Source: Thermoplasmata archaeon
GTDB lineage: Archaea > Thermoplasmatota > Thermoplasmata > Lutacidiplasmatales > UBA184
DNA length: 64,000 nt
NCBI GenBank assembly: GCA_022749995.1
Contig: JAKIWO010000002.1
Location: 42,033 to 106,032 of the forward strand
Direction: 5' to 3'
Shown: positions 60,611-64,000 of the stretch, in pieces
Position numbering within the stretch: position 1 is the stretch's first letter
Layout of the letters: each line of letters starts with the position of its first letter
Program-made: the position numbers and the translations under genes
Notes under the pieces: generated by a model
The model's database searches: none
The model's input: the letters and a program-made list of their open reading frames with translations, nothing else
What the model was told of the DNA's origin: nothing

Positions 60611-63559
60611 ATGCGTTCCGAGAGTGCTCGAAAGCAGCGCAGACGAATCGGCCGGGCAGCCTTTGCGTTGGGCCTCGTAGTCCTGTTCGTCGCCTCGGGG
60701 CTAGCGAGGACGCCGCTTCATCCGCGGTCGACCTCCCCACCCAGTCTCATGGCTGGACCAGGAGCTCCCCTATCGATTTCCGCCGCGCACTTCTCGAACC
60801 CCCCCAATACGTCCCAGGCGACCCCGGCTCGCTCGGCCTGCGTCCCCGATCCTGCGTGCGCGGGCGTCGCGGCGCACCCTTCGGATTCCTTCGACGTCTG
60901 GACCGACGTCTCGGTCCTCAATCCGGTCTCCCCTCCGCCGCTCACCTACTCAACGATGTCCTACGACCTGGGCCACCAGAGCATCATTCTGTTCGGCGGT
61001 CTCTCTTCGACCGGTGCGACCAACTACACCTGGGAGTTCAAGCACTTCACCTGGACGAATCTGACCCCCACGCTCTCCGTCTCTCCACCGGCGCGGTACC
61101 ACGCCTCGATGTCGTACAACCTCTACCCGAGCGGAATCGTCCTGTTCGGCGGAGAGGCGAGCGGAACCGACTTCCTGGGAGACTCCTGGTTCTGGAACGG
61201 CTCCGCCTGGAGCGAGATCGCCGCCGGAGGGCTTCCCACCCCCGCGCCGAGAGCGGGCGCGTCGTTCGCCTACGACTACAAGGATACGTACGGCGTGTTG
61301 TTCGGAGGCACGAACGGCTCCTACAACTTCAACGATACGTGGACCGTCTCGGGGGGGCAGTGGACCCAGGTCCACCCCGCACATTCCCCGCCGGCACGCT
61401 ACTTTAGTTCGGAGAGCTGGGACGAGAATAGCCACGACGTCCTATTGTTCGGCGGCACGCGCATGCCGGGACAGGGATTCGCCGACACGTGGACCTACGC
61501 CGGAGGGAGCTGGACGAGCGTGAACGCGCTTACCCCGCCCCTCGACCGAGAGCTCGCCGGCGCCGACTTCGACTTTGGGCTCGGCCAAGTGCTCCTCTTC
61601 GGAGGGTTCAATCCGGAGGGCTGCTCGGCGCTCGGCGACACGTGGAGCTACACGAGCTCCCTGTGGCGGGAGCAGTACAACACAGAGACCGGGAGCTACG
61701 GGCCCCTCCCCCGCGACGGGGCGGCCCTCGCGTTCGATTCCAACATCAATTTCGCCGTCCTGTTCGGAGGCGAGGAAGGCACCTGCTCTCCCAACCAGTA
61801 CGTCAACGACACCTGGGTGTTCGGCCCCTGGACCCAGCCGCCTCCGGCGCTGCTCTCCGCGACCCTCGTCGCGGCACCCTCCTCCGGACCGGCTCCGCTC
61901 GCCACGGAATTGACCGCGAAGGTGACCGGCGGGATCCAACCGTACACTGTCGACTTCACGTTCGACGACGGTACACCGGACGTTGTCACGACGACCGTGG
62001 GGGTCGCGAGCGCGAACGACACCTACACCCAGAGCCAGAACTTCATGCCCCACGTCACCGTCACCGACGCCGCGCTGCACGCGGTGAGCGTCTCGACGAC
62101 GGTGAGCGTCGGCTCGGTGATGGTAGGGGATTGGTACCCCCCACGGGACACCTACCAATTCTACAACTTCGGCGACTACTGGTCCGGGGGCGGGAACTGC
62201 TACGGGATCTCGAGCTCCGAGATCCTCTACTGGGAGCACGACATCCGGGGCTCGGGGAGCGCCCCCTACCTACCGACCGCCGACCCCGCGACGAGCTCCC
62301 TCCTGACCAATACCAGCGATCCGAAGGCACTCAACGCCACCTCCCTGGCGATCATGCAGCACCAGACGGAGGACCCGAACATCGGCCAGCTGCCCTGGTT
62401 CTTCTGGTCCGTGAATCTCCACCCCAATTGGAACGAGCTGCTCGGGTACCTGAAGAGCGGCTTCCCCATCACGATGGGACTCGGCTTCAACGACCTGCAC
62501 GCGGTCGTCGCGTTCGGCGAGCAGCAGCTCGCGAACGGGACCTTTCTCCTCGACATCTCCGACCCCAACGAGCCGCGGCAGACCACCCACGGGTTCTACG
62601 ACCCGAACGCCAACCAGTTCACGTACGGGGCCGCGGGGTGGCATTGGCACGGGTTCGACGTGCTCAGTACGGGGGTCCCAAGGAGCCTTCAGCCGTCGTG
62701 GTACTATCCGTTCGGAGACCCCTGGAACATCTGGAACGACTCGTACTTCACCAGCGGCAGCGGCGGCTTCACCTTCATCGCGGCGATCGAGCCGATCACG
62801 GTGACCGCCGGGACCGGAACCGACTCCTTTGGCGCCTCGGGGAACTCGCAGACCTTTGTGAACCACATTCCGGGAAGCTCCGGCATCGAGGAAGACACGG
62901 TCCAGGTGTACGCGATCCCCGATGCGTCGGTGGGACCCGGGCTCATTCTCAAGGACCCGAGCGTCGGAAGCTCGGTGTTCCAGGTCCTGAGGGCGAACAA
63001 CAGCACCGGGAGCCTCGTACTGACCGGGTTCAGCGTGGCCGTCGACTCCGTGGGTCCGCACTCCTTCACTCTTCGACCCAACCCTTCGGGATTCGGCCTC
63101 GATATCGGCAACGTTTCGAACGACACCGCCTGGGCGAACCTGACCTTTTACCACCTCGCCCACAACCAGCACGCCGAGCTCAACGCGTCCCTGCTCGACT
63201 TCTCGAGCGGGTCGGTCGCGAACTTCACCGTGCTCGACTGGAGCGGCCTTTCCTCCACCACAACCTCCTCGGTGACGGTGACGGTAACCTCCGCCCACGG
63301 GGGCGCCACCTCCACCTACCACCTCGTGAACGGCCAGATCGGACTCACCCCTCACCGCACGCCACCGGGAGTCGGCAACTCGAACGCGACCGATAGCCCG
63401 TTCTACGCCACGCACAACTTCTGGATCGGGTTGGGGATAGGAGCCGTCGGAATGGTCGTGGTAGCCGTCGTCGGGGTCATCCTGGCGCGCCGCGAAGCAC
63501 GAAGGGGATCTAGGTCCAACTCGCAAGGGACCTCTCGCCCCCCACTCACGCCGCCCTAG
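60611..63559 (+). CDS. Large surface protein: signal peptide, six Kelch-like repeats, a PKD-like domain, a C39/papain-like Cys-His-Asp domain, a glycosylation-rich region and a C-terminal TM anchor
   Basis: Six repeats follow the pattern (L/V)LFGG...(N/G)DTW.(Y/F/V). The PKD-like segment is APSSGPAPL...TGGIQPYTVDFTFDDGT. The protease-like residues are GGGNCYG (Cys530), DLHAVVAFG (His630) and LLDISDPNEP. There are many N-x-S/T sequons. The TM is FWIGLGIGAVGMVVVAVVGVIL followed by RREARR. Confidence 0.7.
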   Translation: MRSESARKQRRRIGRAAFALGLVVLFVASGLARTPLHPRSTSPPSLMAGPGAPLSISAAHFSNPPNTSQATPARSACVPDPACAGVAAHPSDSFDVWTDVSVLNPVSPPPLTYSTMSYDLGHQSIILFGGLSSTGATNYTWEFKHFTWTNLTPTLSVSPPARYHASMSYNLYPSGIVLFGGEASGTDFLGDSWFWNGSAWSEIAAGGLPTPAPRAGASFAYDYKDTYGVLFGGTNGSYNFNDTWTVSGGQWTQVHPAHSPPARYFSSESWDENSHDVLLFGGTRMPGQGFADTWTYAGGSWTSVNALTPPLDRELAGADFDFGLGQVLLFGGFNPEGCSALGDTWSYTSSLWREQYNTETGSYGPLPRDGAALAFDSNINFAVLFGGEEGTCSPNQYVNDTWVFGPWTQPPPALLSATLVAAPSSGPAPLATELTAKVTGGIQPYTVDFTFDDGTPDVVTTTVGVASANDTYTQSQNFMPHVTVTDAALHAVSVSTTVSVGSVMVGDWYPPRDTYQFYNFGDYWSGGGNCYGISSSEILYWEHDIRGSGSAPYLPTADPATSSLLTNTSDPKALNATSLAIMQHQTEDPNIGQLPWFFWSVNLHPNWNELLGYLKSGFPITMGLGFNDLHAVVAFGEQQLANGTFLLDISDPNEPRQTTHGFYDPNANQFTYGAAGWHWHGFDVLSTGVPRSLQPSWYYPFGDPWNIWNDSYFTSGSGGFTFIAAIEPITVTAGTGTDSFGASGNSQTFVNHIPGSSGIEEDTVQVYAIPDASVGPGLILKDPSVGSSVFQVLRANNSTGSLVLTGFSVAVDSVGPHSFTLRPNPSGFGLDIGNVSNDTAWANLTFYHLAHNQHAELNASLLDFSSGSVANFTVLDWSGLSSTTTSSVTVTVTSAHGGATSTYHLVNGQIGLTPHRTPPGVGNSNATDSPFYATHNFWIGLGIGAVGMVVVAVVGVILARREARRGSRSNSQGTSRPPLTPP

Positions 63560-63571
63560 ACCTCGACGGCC

Positions 63572-63589
63572 CCACTCCACCAGGAGTGG
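63572..63589. terminator. Perfect 7-bp hairpin between convergent genes
   Basis: ccactcc-acca-ggagtgg lies 13 nt after the surface-protein stop and 22 nt from the stop of the convergent membrane-protein gene. Confidence 0.25.
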
Positions 63590-63610
63590 AGCTGCGGTCC
63601 GCGTCGTCCG

Positions 63611-63976
63611 CTAGGCGGGCGCGCGGGTAGGGGCGCCAGAGGCTGGGACTCCACGCCCTGAAGCTGGATCGGTCTGGGGGGTGGCTGGTTCCACCCACTT
63701 CCACGCACACCACACAATGGCCACGCCGATGGCGATCATCGCCGACGTGAGGAATGCGTAGGCCAATGTTGGCGTCCCAACAAAAAGCGTTCCGACGTTG
63801 ATCGCAGTCAAAATCCCCCCCACGAGCATGTTTGCCCGACGATTCGCTGAAGGGTTCAGAATCCGAGCAAGAAGTACCATGATGATCGCGGGTTCCACTA
63901 GCAGGGCCCCGAACAGGACGAACGCTGGGGTGTAATGAATCGGCGACACGTGGTCGATGTAGACATGGTTGTACAA
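63611..63976 (-). CDS. Hypothetical small membrane protein (3-4 TM); the 5' end may lie beyond the window
   Basis: Hydrophobic helices and noticeably lower GC than the rest of the window. The reading frame stays open to position 64000, and the only in-window start is TTG 63976. Confidence 0.45.
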   Translation of the reverse strand: MYNHVYIDHVSPIHYTPAFVLFGALLVEPAIIMVLLARILNPSANRRANMLVGGILTAINVGTLFVGTPTLAYAFLTSAMIAIGVAIVWCAWKWVEPATPQTDPASGRGVPASGAPTRAPA

Positions 63977-64000
63977 TGTGGTGATATCGCCGTAGGCACT

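Noticed and set aside
1-64000. A search by eye for CRISPR arrays, rRNA genes, transposases or IS ends, toxin-antitoxin pairs and known defence-system signatures.
   Set aside because: I saw no regularly spaced direct repeats, no rRNA-like stretches, and no DDE, integrase, Cas or restriction-modification motifs. The Toprim (DnaG) plus AAA+ (Lon-like) adjacency resembles some defence architectures only superficially, and DnaG here is the conserved housekeeping type.

Overview
This is a very GC-rich archaeal chromosomal segment of euryarchaeal type. It carries family-B DNA polymerase together with the PolD small subunit DP1, archaeal DnaG, aEF-2, eS8, SRP19, a GPN-loop GTPase and XPD. I support about 70 protein genes and one tRNA-Val. 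I saw no rRNA, CRISPR array, transposase or integrase. Layout: (i) 1-4.7 kb holds the end of the str operon (uS12-uS7-aEF2) and a divergent polB. (ii) 4.7-27 kb is housekeeping metabolism and transport: purM, pyrC, a MacB/FtsX-type ABC pair, DedA, a Wzx-like flippase, korAB, moaDE, Mrp/ApbC, TraB, GPN, SRP19, eS8, RNase HII, PdaD, PHI, an Nfo-like protein, Pcm and RlmE. (iii) 27.8-41.5 kb is a long, mostly minus-strand aerobic respiratory cluster. It contains tatA, tatC, a TatA-like ORF, Rieske, cytochrome b, small membrane ORFs, coxI, a short ctaA and ctaB. An AbrB-PhoU regulator, two cupredoxins and a split coxII flank it. (iv) 41.6-53.3 kb holds a CBS-ParB fusion, gmhA, a hddA-like kinase, XPD, a FixC-like/FixX pair, mdh, panE, pgk, cutA and PolD DP1. 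(v) 53.4-64 kb holds unknown proteins, dnaG, a protease-less LonB-like ATPase and tRNA-Val. After the tRNA comes a visibly lower-GC stretch with an MFS transporter and a 982-aa Kelch/PKD/cysteine-peptidase-like surface protein. Many long ORFs in the supplied track are antisense shadow ORFs typical of high-GC DNA, and several real ORFs are over-extended at the 5' end. I trimmed starts using conserved N-termini, 4-nt start/stop overlaps and TATA-like boxes about 26 nt upstream; many genes look leaderless. I found no recognisable defence or mobile system. The best candidates for something new are: a roughly 50-nt promoter/operator module duplicated in front of the AbrB-PhoU gene and tatA; Tat genes placed directly upstream of, and co-directional with, the respiratory genes (a TatA-like ORF there has no canonical start codon); a coxII split into subunit IIa-like and II-like ORFs; a 99-aa protein with a ribosomal-stalk-like C-terminal tail; a LonB-like ATPase carrying a zinc ribbon but no protease domain; and the surface protein with a C39-like Cys/His/Asp signature. 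All functional calls rest on motif recognition by eye, and no database search was run.
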